64,000 bases of DNA from Candidatus Marinacidobacterales bacterium. GTDB taxonomy: Bacteria > Acidobacteriota > Vicinamibacteria > Marinacidobacterales > SMYC01. The DNA lies in NCBI GenBank assembly GCA_965237955.1, contig OZ250169.1, positions 2,784,001-2,848,000 on the forward strand, read 5' to 3'. This document shows, one piece after another, positions 52,473 through 62,341 of this stretch. Under the pieces are notes generated by a model. That model saw nothing but the letters and a program-made list of their open reading frames with translations. It had not been told where the DNA came from and did no database searches. A program made the position numbers and the translations under genes. Within the stretch, counting starts at the first letter, position 1; each line of letters starts with the position of its first letter.

Positions 52473-53557
52473 GGCGTTGTTGCACCGCTCTGGCTGAGAG
52501 CGAAATCCGCCTATGGTGGTGGCCGAGGTATGTTCGAGCATGAAGTATCCCAAGCGCTGCCAGTACAAGCACGCGAAGCAGAAGAAGTACCACGTTCGCA
52601 ACTGGGCGGAATACAACGAAGGGCTGCGCCGCCGGGGCGATTTGACAGTCTGGTTTGACGAGGAGGCAATCGCGAACTGGAAGGCCGACAAGACCGGTAA
52701 GCCTGGCGGTCAACGGGTCTATTCAGACATGGCGATTGAAACGGGCCTGGTTGTCCGGATGGTGTACAAGCTCGCCTACCGACAAACCGAAGGCTTCTTG
52801 CACTCGATCGCCTCGCTTCTCGGGCTCGGTATCGAGATCCCGGACTACTCGACGTTGTGTCGGCGCTCGAGGTTGCTCCGCAAGAAGCTGCGGATTCCGA
52901 AAGCCGCGAGCACTCAACCCATCCACCTGATGATCGATAGCACGGTCTTGAGGATTCATGTTGGAAACGCTCGCAAACCGCCAAAGCAGCGCGCATGGCG
53001 CAAGTTGCACATCGCCGTTGATCGCGAGACAGGGAACATTGTTGCGTCCGAACTGACGGCGTCACGAGCTCGCGACGCAACCCGAGTCCCCGCTTTGCTA
53101 ACACAGATTCAAGCACCTCTAGTTTCGGTGGCGGCGGACAGTGCATACGACAAGGAAGCGGTCTACGAAGCCATCGAAGCGCACAGTCCTGGACGAAGGA
53201 CGCGCGTGGTGATTCCGCCGCAACGAAACGCGACGCTCAGTCAGAATTCGAACACCGCCATGCAGGAGCGCGATCGCCATATTCGTGCAATCGAAAGACA
53301 CGGCCGACGTGAATGGTACAAGCTCTCAGGCTACACCAAGCGAAGCATGGTGGAGAACGCGGTCTATCGTTACAAGGCGATCATCGGGCCGGAGATGCGG
53401 GCTCGAACGTTGGCGAGGCAACGAGTTGAACACCGAATTGGGTGCGAGATACTCAACAAGATGGCTGCGCTCGGGATGCCCGATACGTACTGCGCCGGGT
53501 GACTCTGCAACCGGCACAGGGAGGTCAGCGATTTGCTCCGGGCCGTGCAACAACGCC
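52473..53557 (+). mobile_element. IS5-family element, type B copy 1, 1085 bp
   Basis: TIR GGCGTTGTTGCAC / GTGCAACAACGCC; no target-site duplication. Confidence 0.92.
52540..53502 (+). CDS. IS5-family transposase (DSTG motif altered to DSTV)
   Basis: NWAEYNEGLRRRGDL, WRKLH, ADSAYD, RSMVEN. Confidence 0.9.
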   Translation: MKYPKRCQYKHAKQKKYHVRNWAEYNEGLRRRGDLTVWFDEEAIANWKADKTGKPGGQRVYSDMAIETGLVVRMVYKLAYRQTEGFLHSIASLLGLGIEIPDYSTLCRRSRLLRKKLRIPKAASTQPIHLMIDSTVLRIHVGNARKPPKQRAWRKLHIAVDRETGNIVASELTASRARDATRVPALLTQIQAPLVSVAADSAYDKEAVYEAIEAHSPGRRTRVVIPPQRNATLSQNSNTAMQERDRHIRAIERHGRREWYKLSGYTKRSMVENAVYRYKAIIGPEMRARTLARQRVEHRIGCEILNKMAALGMPDTYCAG

Positions 53558-53703
53558 GGCTCGACCGCTTTGAACTGTCTCTCGGCACGTTCAGCTTCAT
53601 AGCGCGCGCTCAACCTGTACTCGCCACTGCTTCAGGGCAGCGTCGTGGTCGGCTTCGAGGTTCGCCTCTGGCAAAAGGGCAGCCTCGATACCCGCGGGAG
53701 CGA
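53558..53703 (-). pseudogene. Internal fragment of a second type of large serine recombinase
   Basis: AGIEAAL...LEADHDAALKQWRVQVERA/RYEAERAERQFKAVEP with a frameshift. Confidence 0.55.
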
Positions 53704-53872
53704 TGGCATGAGGAAAATCTTGGCCACTGCATCATCGATCCGTCGGCCACCTACACGCATGACGTTGTATCTCAGTCATTCGGTCCTGACAAGGACCGGT
53801 TGAAGCCGGCGGTCGGTAAACCAACGAGCTATGGGGTCTAAGACGATTGAACTCTTGCGTACTGAAGCGGCA

Positions 53873-54928
53873 TCACAATGTGGCACGCCAGCATCTAATG
53901 ATGCGCAGAAATTTCCCTACATTGTAGCCAATATAAACCAGAGTCTCGTGAATGCCTCGTGAATCGTCTTGTCCAACATCCCCGTCACCTCGCAGGTTTC
54001 TGTTGGCAATCTCCAGCATTCGTTTCAACGATTTCCTCTTGGACAAGGAACTATGGCTCACTTCATTATTGCGAAGGACATCCAACAGTGTACCGAGGGT
54101 GTAGTCGTCCCCATATACTTCAAAGATTTTGAAGTCCAACCAGTCGCCCCTAGCTAGTGAACGGCGACCGTAGTTGAGGGGATTGTAGTCGTCCAAATGA
54201 TTGTATCCGCCGTGCCATTTGCCGAGTCGGTATTCGGAGTCCGCTCGCTGAGAGGACATGAACATACCTTGCTCGAACGAGTTCAGAACGCGAGCGTTCT
54301 GTCCGACATATAGGTCAAATAGAGAGCAGTTGTTTTCGATAGGCTTCTGGCGAATGATTTGTTTGTGCTGTCGAGTGAGGTGCTCCATCGCAGTTTTCGA
54401 GTCGAGCATCATTTTGTGTAGAATGCTCACGACAGTCTGAAACGTGAAATACGAAGCATTAAAAGAGCGTGCCCTGATTAGGTTTGTCTCAAATCCCTTC
54501 ACTAGTTCGCACACGGCGCCAACGCTCCTTGATGCGGCCTTGAGAAAAGCATCTTGTGTCTCGCTCAAAATAAAGGCTAGCTGAGGAGGAGGCCACTTCA
54601 GGGCTTCCTGAAGCCCGGTCTCAGTAAAATCAACATATGCTCCATGATCGCCCTTGGGACAGATCTCCAGCAAGCCATCAGATACAGCTATAAGAAGAAT
54701 GTTCTCATCCTCTTTTGACAAGATGTAATAGCGCCCCGTGAATCCTTTGGCAGAGTTGCTATAAAGAGTGAGATCCTTCTTGCATATGGGGCCGTAGTTA
54801 CCTTCAACAGATAGATCCATTAAGATAAGACAAAGACCTTTTGTTGTTAGGACACCGTTAGGTGATAGGGCGTCCTTTGGTGAACGATCTGTGAAGTACA
54901 GTTTCGTCCAGCCGGAATGTGGTTTCAT
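53873..54928 (-). CDS. Lower-GC hypothetical protein with a C-terminal R-x5-H (HEPN-like) motif
   Basis: 351-aa open frame in AT-richer DNA; LLDVLRNNEVSH; 5' end abuts a family D terminus. Confidence 0.6.
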   Translation of the reverse strand: MKPHSGWTKLYFTDRSPKDALSPNGVLTTKGLCLILMDLSVEGNYGPICKKDLTLYSNSAKGFTGRYYILSKEDENILLIAVSDGLLEICPKGDHGAYVDFTETGLQEALKWPPPQLAFILSETQDAFLKAASRSVGAVCELVKGFETNLIRARSFNASYFTFQTVVSILHKMMLDSKTAMEHLTRQHKQIIRQKPIENNCSLFDLYVGQNARVLNSFEQGMFMSSQRADSEYRLGKWHGGYNHLDDYNPLNYGRRSLARGDWLDFKIFEVYGDDYTLGTLLDVLRNNEVSHSSLSKRKSLKRMLEIANRNLRGDGDVGQDDSRGIHETLVYIGYNVGKFLRIIRCWRATL

Positions 54929-55129
54929 TGGTAACTGCCTGTGCTCCGCAAAAAAGAAGATCGACCAGAAGCAGCCTACCATAGCAGGTCGGTATTAGAC
55001 CTGCTATGCGGGGGGAAACTCACGTTCTGCCTGTCGCAACCCTGTGCCTTCTATTTATTCATCCGGGCGCCCGAACTTGATTAGTCTCCGGTCTGTCGGC
55101 ACCATACCTGCTTGATTTCGCCGTTTGTT

Positions 55130-56214
55130 GGCGTTGTTGCACCGCTCTGGCTGAGAGCGAATTCCGCCTATGGTGGTGGCCGAGGTATGTTCGAGCATGA
55201 AGTATCCCAAGCGCTGCCAGTACAAGCACGCGAAGCAGAAGAAGTACCACGTTCGCAACTGGGCGGAATACAACGAAGGGCTGCGCCGCCGGGGCGATTT
55301 GACAGTCTGGTTTGACGAGGAGGCAATCGCGAACTGGAAGGCCGACAAGACCGGTAAGCCTGGCGGTCAACGGGTCTATTCAGACATGGCGATTGAAACG
55401 GGCCTGGTTGTCCGGATGGTGTACAAGCTCGCCTACCGACAAACCGAAGGCTTCTTGCACTCGATCGCCTCGCTTCTCGGGCTCGGTATCGAGATCCCGG
55501 ACTACTCGACGTTGTGTCGGCGCTCGAGGTTGCTCCGCAAGAAGCTGCGGATTCCGAAAGCCGCGAGCACTCAACCCATCCACCTGATGATCGATAGCAC
55601 GGGCTTGAGGATTCATGTTGGAAACGCTCGCAAACCGCCAAAGCTGCGCGCATGGCGCAAGTTGCACATCGCCGTTGATCGCGAGACAGGGAACATTGTT
55701 GCGTCCGAACTGACGGCGTCACGAGCTCGCGACGCAACCCGAGTCCCCGCTTTGCTAACACAGATTCAAGCACCTCTAGTGTCGGTGGCGGCGGACAGTG
55801 CATACGACAAGGAAGCGGTCTACGAAGCCATCGAAGCGCACAGTCCTGGACGAAGGACGCGCGTGGTGATTCCGCCGCAACGAAACGCGACGCTCAGTCA
55901 GAATTCGAACACCGCCATGCAGGAGCGCGATCGCCATATTCGTGCAATCGAAAGACACGGCCGACGTGAATGGTACAAGCTCTCAGGCTACACCAAACGA
56001 AGCATGGTGGAGAACGCGGTCTATCGTTACAAGGCGATCATCGGGCCGGAGATGCGGGCTCGAACGTTGGCGAGGCAACGAGTTGAACACCGAATTGGGT
56101 GCGAGATACTCAACAAGATGGCTGCGCTCGGGATGCCCGATACGTACTGCGCCGGGTGACTCTGCAACCGGCACAGGGAGGTCAGCGATTTGCTCCGGGC
56201 CGTGCAACAACGCC
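55130..56214 (+). mobile_element. IS5-family element, type B copy 2, 1085 bp
   Basis: Near-identical to 52473-53557; inserted into the 5' end of a family A element. Confidence 0.92.
55197..56159 (+). CDS. IS5-family transposase
   Basis: DSTG, ADSAYD, RSMVEN intact. Confidence 0.92.
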   Translation: MKYPKRCQYKHAKQKKYHVRNWAEYNEGLRRRGDLTVWFDEEAIANWKADKTGKPGGQRVYSDMAIETGLVVRMVYKLAYRQTEGFLHSIASLLGLGIEIPDYSTLCRRSRLLRKKLRIPKAASTQPIHLMIDSTGLRIHVGNARKPPKLRAWRKLHIAVDRETGNIVASELTASRARDATRVPALLTQIQAPLVSVAADSAYDKEAVYEAIEAHSPGRRTRVVIPPQRNATLSQNSNTAMQERDRHIRAIERHGRREWYKLSGYTKRSMVENAVYRYKAIIGPEMRARTLARQRVEHRIGCEILNKMAALGMPDTYCAG

Positions 56215-56631
56215 GGTAGCGGGCGCGAAGACGCGGAACGCGCCCGTGTGGTGGACACGCTCGAGCAACAGACGCGAGAAGCCGAGGGGCAGGGGTTCGA
56301 TATCGATGCGGTGACAGAGAGCGACCTCGCTATGCCGGCACGCACACCATCACCCGTCACCATGGAGGACCTCGACAGGATTATCGGGTCATCTGACCTG
56401 ATGCCGCCAGGGACCGATGTCCAGCCCATGGGACGTCGAGAATACGGCTTCTTGGCCCCGGGAATGACCGAGCGTCTGCGAGTGACCACCGACCCGGAGT
56501 ATTTCGAGGAAAACGCCGAAAGCCTGGAACTGTGGTCCCCAGGAAACCCTCTGTTTACCCCTCCGGAGTTTACTCCGCAGGCGGACGAACCGCCTGCCGA
56601 CAAAACATTGAAGGATATCCTGGATGGCTGA
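56215..56631 (+). pseudogene. C-terminal fragment, probably of an RM-associated SNF2-type helicase
   Basis: GFDIDAVTESDL...RVTTDPEYFEENAESLELWSPGNPLF recalled as the tail of such helicases; no helicase motifs remain. Confidence 0.5.
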
Positions 56632-56853
56632 TGCCCGTCCTGTCCAAAAACACAAACGAACTCAAGACTGGCGCGCCGGGCCGTTTCGATCGTCATCGAC
56701 CCGTGGCGAGCCCCAGATCTGGGGCGTGTCGGAGGCGATGTCGGCGATTCGGGTTCCCCGTACGCGCAGGGAAAACACCGTCCAGCAACGAGGTGCCACG
56801 CTCCCGGGCGGAGACCTGGATCCAGGCCCGGGCCGCACATGGACCAGAACGTG

Positions 56854-56986
56854 CTAGTCCCTTGGATCTTTGATTACTATACAAAGTTAGGCTTTTCGCC
56901 AGCCCATAAGATTCATAAGATTCATGCACTTAGAAGGGTTTCGGCAAGCTCTGCTTTATCTAGTTTGTTCTGATACAGGGGACTAG
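56854..56986. mobile_element. IS630-derived MITE (129 bp plus a duplicated CTAG)
   Basis: CTAGTCCCTTGGATC...CAGGGGACTAG; empty site GTGCTAGCCGG at about 38500. Confidence 0.9.
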
Positions 56987-58047
56987 CCGGCTACGCCGCG
57001 GTTGCCATGGCCTTGATTCTGGACCCCTCGGGCGGCCTCTTTTCCGACGCTGCACGGCCCTGTCAGCGACCCACTCCCCCCCTTTGGCGCAAACGTGGCA
57101 CTCGAAAATCGGGATTAGAGACGAATGCCGAAAATGAGGCCCGTTCAGCCCTTCTAGCGCGTCTCTGGTGACACCTACCCCTGCAAAACCCCGCCAACCG
57201 CGCGGAAAATCTCACCCGTCTCTGCAGTGCCACAATTGGCCAGACTGGGTGGCGGATGGTGCAGTCTCGAGCCATCCGGTCTCGGCAAAAGGTATTTTGG
57301 CAATTTTGGGAGTCAGGATCGAACTTCTGGCCGTGCGCGTGGTTGGGGCAATGTAGCGAAAACTCAGAGAAGCCCTGATGCCCACAGCGTTCTATCCTGT
57401 TTTTGTACAGTGACTTAACGGAAGCCACCACGTGCTGGTCCCCGCACATCTCATCGACGGGTGCTCGTTCCGAGCCGGAATCGAATTTGCTTCAATCAAA
57501 TGTCTTGTACGGCAATCTCAACCTCCTGGACGCTTGAAAGAGGGCCGTGTCGTAAACCCTCCGGAGGCGGCTCCGACCGTTACTCATTGCCGCAAAAGGC
57601 TTTACGTCTCATCAGCGAATGTTCGTCGACGGGAACATCTTTCCGGCTATCGCAGTCGGGAGGCTCGAGTGGAGCTTCCGGTTCGTGGCTGGAAACGATC
57701 AGAAACAGAGCACAACAGGCCATTAACGTGCAGTTTGGGGCGATTTTGGGGCTTATCGGGACGTTTTTGCGCTTAATCGTGCAGACAATGAGAAGAAGCT
57801 CAACGCCTAGATCGCGCCTGAGGAGAAGGCGAATAGCGGAATTCGAATTGGCCAAACCTCGAATTCATCCAGCGGAGTTTTATGGAGGAAACGAAGATGA
57901 CTCCGCAGACGGTCCAGTACAAGGAGCTATCCGAGTCTGGAAACCATGACAGGGAATTTGGGCCAGTTTGAGGCTGATTGGTGGAGGCCAGTGTCGGAGA
58001 GCAGCTTGCTGCTAACCGAGCCGATTCACGGAGTGGGCGCTGGAGGC

Positions 58048-59663
58048 TCACAGCGTTTTGACGAGCACTCGCTGTTTCTCCCAATCGTCGGGAAGCGGAT
58101 GATGCAAGAGGTAGCTCGAGGTCAGCCCAACGGGCTGGCGGCCTTCGACAATGGCGCGGACGATGTCAGGAGCCAGGAAGGCATAACGGATTGCCTTGCG
58201 CACGCGGTCCGTTGGGATGGCGTCTTCGGTGGCAATCTCCTCATAGGTTTTGCCTGCTTTGATTCGGTCGAGCCAGGAGCGGGCGTTTCTGATATTGCGC
58301 AGGAGTGTGCGGTCGACGGATTTCGTGGGGTTGCCCAGAACGAGCTTGGTCTCGACGCCGCGTCGGCGCAAGCGGAACGGTGCGAGGATGCGGAGTGCAT
58401 CCTCGCGAATGCGGTCAGGTCCCATAGAGAGGCAAGCAGCGAACGCATTGCGGTCGAGCAGGATGGACACAGAGCCAGGGCTGATGTCGACCCGCCGGAT
58501 AAGACGGAGCAGGGGGGCTGCCGAGGCACTATCATCATTACTGCCGGAACACAGCCCGTCTAAAAAGCGACGCACCGAGGCGAGCTCTTGCATCGTCGGA
58601 GTGTGGATCAACGAGGCCGAGAAGGTCGTGGCATCCACATGCTGTCGGATGAGATGCACGGCGGTCTGTTCCAGCATCGGGGCGGGCAGTCGCCAGCCGG
58701 AGAGGTCCTTTTGGCCACTGTGCTGGATGAGGCGCCGGGAGACGTAGTAGCGGAGCCGTTGCCCGTTTTTCTTTTTGGTGTGGCTCGGCGTCAGCCGGTC
58801 CCCGGTCTCGTCGAAGAGCTTGCCTGCCAGTGGGGAGGGGGCTGCACGGCCCTTCGTCGTGCGTCTCCTTGGTTTGGCAGCCCCTGCCTGCAGCTGCGTT
58901 TGGACCGCGTCCCAGAGCTCCGGAGCAATGATCGATGGATGCTGGCCCTCGTAGACACGCCTCTGGTGCCGGATGCGGCCGGCGTAGAGAGGATTGGTCA
59001 GCAGGCAGTGGAGGTGTCCGCGACGGAACGGCAGCCCGCCCGTTCGGGTTCCATCCGCGGTGAAGCGTTGCTTGGTACGCAGTCTCAGACGGTCCGCCTC
59101 GGCCTTCACCTGCCGGAGCGTTTCGTGCTTTCGGTACAGCGCATAGAGCGTCCGGACCGTTTCGGCCTCAGCCTCGTTGATGCGCAGCGTGCGCCCGTCC
59201 TTCTCATAGCCGAGCGGTACGCGGCCGCCCATCCATAGTCCCTTGCGCTTGGAGGCAGCGACCTTATCGCGGATCCGCTCGGCCGTGACCTCGCGTTCGA
59301 ATTGTGCGAAGGACAGCAGCATATGCAGCGTCAGTCGTCCCATGCTGGTCGCGGTGTTGAAGGACTGAGTCACCGAGACGAAAACCGCGCCGGCAGCCTC
59401 GAGCCGCTCGACGAGCTTTGCAAAGTCGGAGAGGGAACGGGTCAGCCGGTCGACCTTGTAGACCACAATCTGCTCGACGAGACCTGCGTCGATGTCGGCG
59501 AGCAAGCGCTGCAGGCCCGGGCGCTCCAGGGTTCCTCCCGAGAGCCCCGCGTCCTCGTAGACGGTTGGCAGCAGCACCCAGCCCTCCGCTTTCTGGCTCG
59601 CGACATACGGCGGCGCAGGCTTCTCGCTGCGCATCGAGGGAGTTGAACTCCTGTTCGAGACCC
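58048..59663 (-). pseudogene. Large serine recombinase copy 2, 5'-truncated and frameshifted (~59609)
   Basis: Lacks the catalytic YTRKS motif; one extra base relative to copy 1. Confidence 0.9.
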
Positions 59664-59792
59664 CGTCGTGTCCAAAAACACAAACGCGTTGCCAAGCCCT
59701 TGATGGTTGCGCTCTCCATCATAATGATAGATGAAACTCGGCGACGGCCCGGCGCGCCGGTCTTGAGTTCGTTTGTGTTTTTGGACAGGACG
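59664..59792. mobile_element. 129-bp MITE, family B
   Basis: Perfect 18-bp TIR TGTCCAAAAACACAAACG (59669/59787) plus outer CGTCG/GGACG. Confidence 0.85.
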
Positions 59793-60031
59793 GTACCCTG
59801 ATCGTGTGCCCCGGCGAACGTCTCCAGCGTGAGTGACACGTGCTTCGGCGAACCGTTGTCGCGAAGGTACGCCGGGTCGTCACCTCGTGACCATCCTTGG
59901 TTCCTGAACATCGAGATGGGGCGCGCCGGTTGGGTTCCCGACCGGAGGACCGAAATGGCTCCAATTGCGACATATGAAGATCTCCCCGCCTGATCGGGTT
60001 CACGGTGGTTCACGACGAAACAATACGAGCT

Positions 60032-60083
60032 TGTGCCTTCTATTTATTCATCCGTGCGCACGGATGAATAAATAGAAGGCACA
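60032..60083. repeat. Perfect 52-bp palindrome made of two family A termini
   Basis: TGTGCCTTCTATTTATTCATCCGTGC|GCACGGATGAATAAATAGAAGGCACA. Confidence 0.92.
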
Positions 60084-60255
60084 GGTCGGAAGCCAGCCTT
60101 GGCGCGAAATACCCTGGATTCTGCGCGGATTCCAAGGGCGTCTAAGCTGCTGATTTGCGGTCTATTTCAAAAGGGCCGAGTTTTGGCACAGGACGGGGAC
60201 AGACGAGGTCCTTTCAACGATTCTGTGAACGTTCGGTTCTCCGAAGCCTGCAGGA

Positions 60256-60705
60256 TCACTCCTTCGGACGAGGCCGATTTCTGAAACGCTGCCAGCATTG
60301 CCGGAGCAACAGCGGGATTCCGACCAGGAGCAGATACGGAGTGAGAACGCCGATAACCACCATATGTGGGCCGAGCAATCCGCCGACGAGGCTGAACAGT
60401 ACAGCAAGCGGAGTCGCCACCCCAAGCGTGATCAGTAAAACGCTCCGCGAGGCTCCGACAACTCCTCTCAAGAGGCGTTGCACCAGCAACCCTACCAGCA
60501 CACCGCCCAGAAAAAACAGAACCAAGCTGGAGAACAAAGCCGGAATCGCAAACAGCAACTCCTCTGGATTCCAAGAATCCATGGAGCCGAACCGGACAAG
60601 AGCGACCAGGACTTGCAGAACACAAAATCCGACGCCGAACAGGACGGGCGTCTTCCAGTAACTCCATCGAGAAAAAGAGGAAGTTCTTAAAGGATCGACC
60701 CCCAT
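60256..60705 (-). CDS. Hypothetical four-TM membrane protein
   Basis: GGAGGA Shine-Dalgarno; four hydrophobic segments. Confidence 0.65.
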   Translation of the reverse strand: MGVDPLRTSSFSRWSYWKTPVLFGVGFCVLQVLVALVRFGSMDSWNPEELLFAIPALFSSLVLFFLGGVLVGLLVQRLLRGVVGASRSVLLITLGVATPLAVLFSLVGGLLGPHMVVIGVLTPYLLLVGIPLLLRQCWQRFRNRPRPKE

Positions 60706-61035
60706 AAATCCTCCAATTCGAACCCTGCGCGGAGCCGATGCGCGCGGGCTACTTGATTCTGTCTATTATCCCGCAAGACGGCCTGGCCGGCACTGCGCTA
60801 CAGGACCGGCAATGTCGTCTTGATCCTGAATCCTCGGGCCAGACGATTGTAAAGCCTACGGCCCTTGGTCCGGTCGCAAACACAGACACTAAGCTGCTGA
60901 TTGATGGTCTATTTCAAAAGGGCCGAGTTTTGGCACAGGGCGGGGTGTCTCGGACAGTGAGGTCAAACGCATCCGCCGTTTCATTCGCGAGCCGTACGGA
61001 ATGGTATTGGTGACGGGCCCGAGCACGAGTCGGGA

Positions 61036-61470
61036 TCATCCGCCGATGCCGTCGGCAGAGAGGTAGGCGTCGAGCGAGTGGAGCTCCTGCGACAGGTCGT
61101 CGACCATGTTCCTCAACAAGTGTCGCGTCGATAGCATCCCGGCGACGTTCCCCCCGCGGTCGATGATGGGAAGATGGCGAATGTGGTTGCTCGTCATCAT
61201 CGCGAGAGCCTCGCGATGATGCATGTTGCTGGCAGCAACGATGGGCGGCGAGGTCATCACGTCGCGGATTGGGGTCTCATCCAAGTGGCTTCCTTTGGCC
61301 ACCACACGCTTCAGGAGATCGCTAGCGGTGAAGATGCCCTTCGCCGATTGGTTCTCCACCACCACGACTGCGCCGGCACCGCAGTCAACCATTGTTTCCA
61401 CGGCGTGTCGGACCGTGGACTCGGTTCCGATCGTCACCGCCGGAGTCCGGGTGATCTTGAGCAGCTTCAT
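61036..61470 (-). CDS. CBS-domain pair protein
   Basis: GIFTASDLL, IRDVMT, IRHLPII, GMLSTRHLL; AAGGAGG Shine-Dalgarno. Confidence 0.9.
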   Translation of the reverse strand: MKLLKITRTPAVTIGTESTVRHAVETMVDCGAGAVVVVENQSAKGIFTASDLLKRVVAKGSHLDETPIRDVMTSPPIVAASNMHHREALAMMTSNHIRHLPIIDRGGNVAGMLSTRHLLRNMVDDLSQELHSLDAYLSADGIGG

Positions 61471-61859
61471 AAACTGGCCTCCTTGTCTCGCACCTTCGGC
61501 GTGGCGTTGGACGTGATCCCCGTACGGGCGTTCAGTTAGGCAATCGAGAAATCAGGTATAGTGTGCCTCCTCGCGAGTAGGAGGAGAGCGACTTGTAGAC
61601 GTAAATCTTATACACCAATAAGCGGTCGGATTTCAACTCCAAGTCACATCGCAGCGCTGCTACTTCGACGTGAAAACATCTGGGTGTGGGCTCCGAGATA
61701 TTGGGTCTGGGAACTAGCTCAGGGTTCGGGTTCCGGTTGCATTCTGGTGAGGAGGCGCCCGACGATTGCAGGTAACTGGACTTGATCCAGTTTCGTGGAC
61801 ACATTCTGAACGGCGGATACGATGTCCACAATGGCAAAGACAACGCAGCCCCGGCGACC

Positions 61860-61957
61860 CCTGTGATCCGCAAAAAAGAAGAACGGCCAGAAGCAGCCGA
61901 CCATAGCAAGTCTAAAACGCGCAATCAACGCTTGATAGACTTTTTGCGGAGCACAGG
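61860..61957. mobile_element. ~98-bp MITE, family D
   Basis: CCTGTGATCCGCAAAAA ... TTTTTGCGGAGCACAGG; related ends at 36049, 54938, 62543. Confidence 0.75.
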
Positions 61958-61958
61958 T

Positions 61959-62341
61959 CGTCCTGTGCCAAAACTCAGCCCTTTTGAAATAGACCATAAA
62001 TCAGCAGCTTAGCGACTGGGCCAAGGGCCCTTAGGCTCTACAGTTACCCAAAACCCGCGGTCGACGTTCGAGAGCCGCGGCCGTTTCACCGAACGGCGGA
62101 GGACGGCGAGCTGCTGCCGAAGAGCGACATTGTCGAGAGCCAGCTCGCGACGAGCCTTGAAGGCGGAGATGAGAGCGCGAACAAACGACGAAATCAAGCA
62201 GGCATGGTGCCGGCAGACCGGAGACTAATCAAGTTTGGGGCGCCCGGATGAATAAATAGAAGGCACAGGCCCTTGGCCCCCCAGTCGCTAAGCTGCTGAT
62301 TTATGGTCTATTTCGAAAGGGCCGAGTTTTGGCACAGGACG
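61959..62341. mobile_element. Inverted pair of ~70-bp family C ends enclosing the 5' end of a family A rve element
   Basis: 61959-62030 is the reverse complement of 62268-62341; inside is ISSFVRALISAFKARRELALDNVALRQQLAVL..RPRLSNVDRGFWV on the minus strand. Confidence 0.8.

Larger units (their letters stand above)
56636..59663. repeat. Duplicated segment, copy 2
   Basis: Colinear with 38284-41167, plus a 129-bp insertion. Confidence 0.92.

Noticed and set aside
36083-62341. Recurring ~55-bp family C repeat as a CRISPR array
   Set aside because: Spacing is irregular (0.3-18 kb), both orientations occur, there are no cas genes, and the repeats end in transposon-like TGT/ACA.
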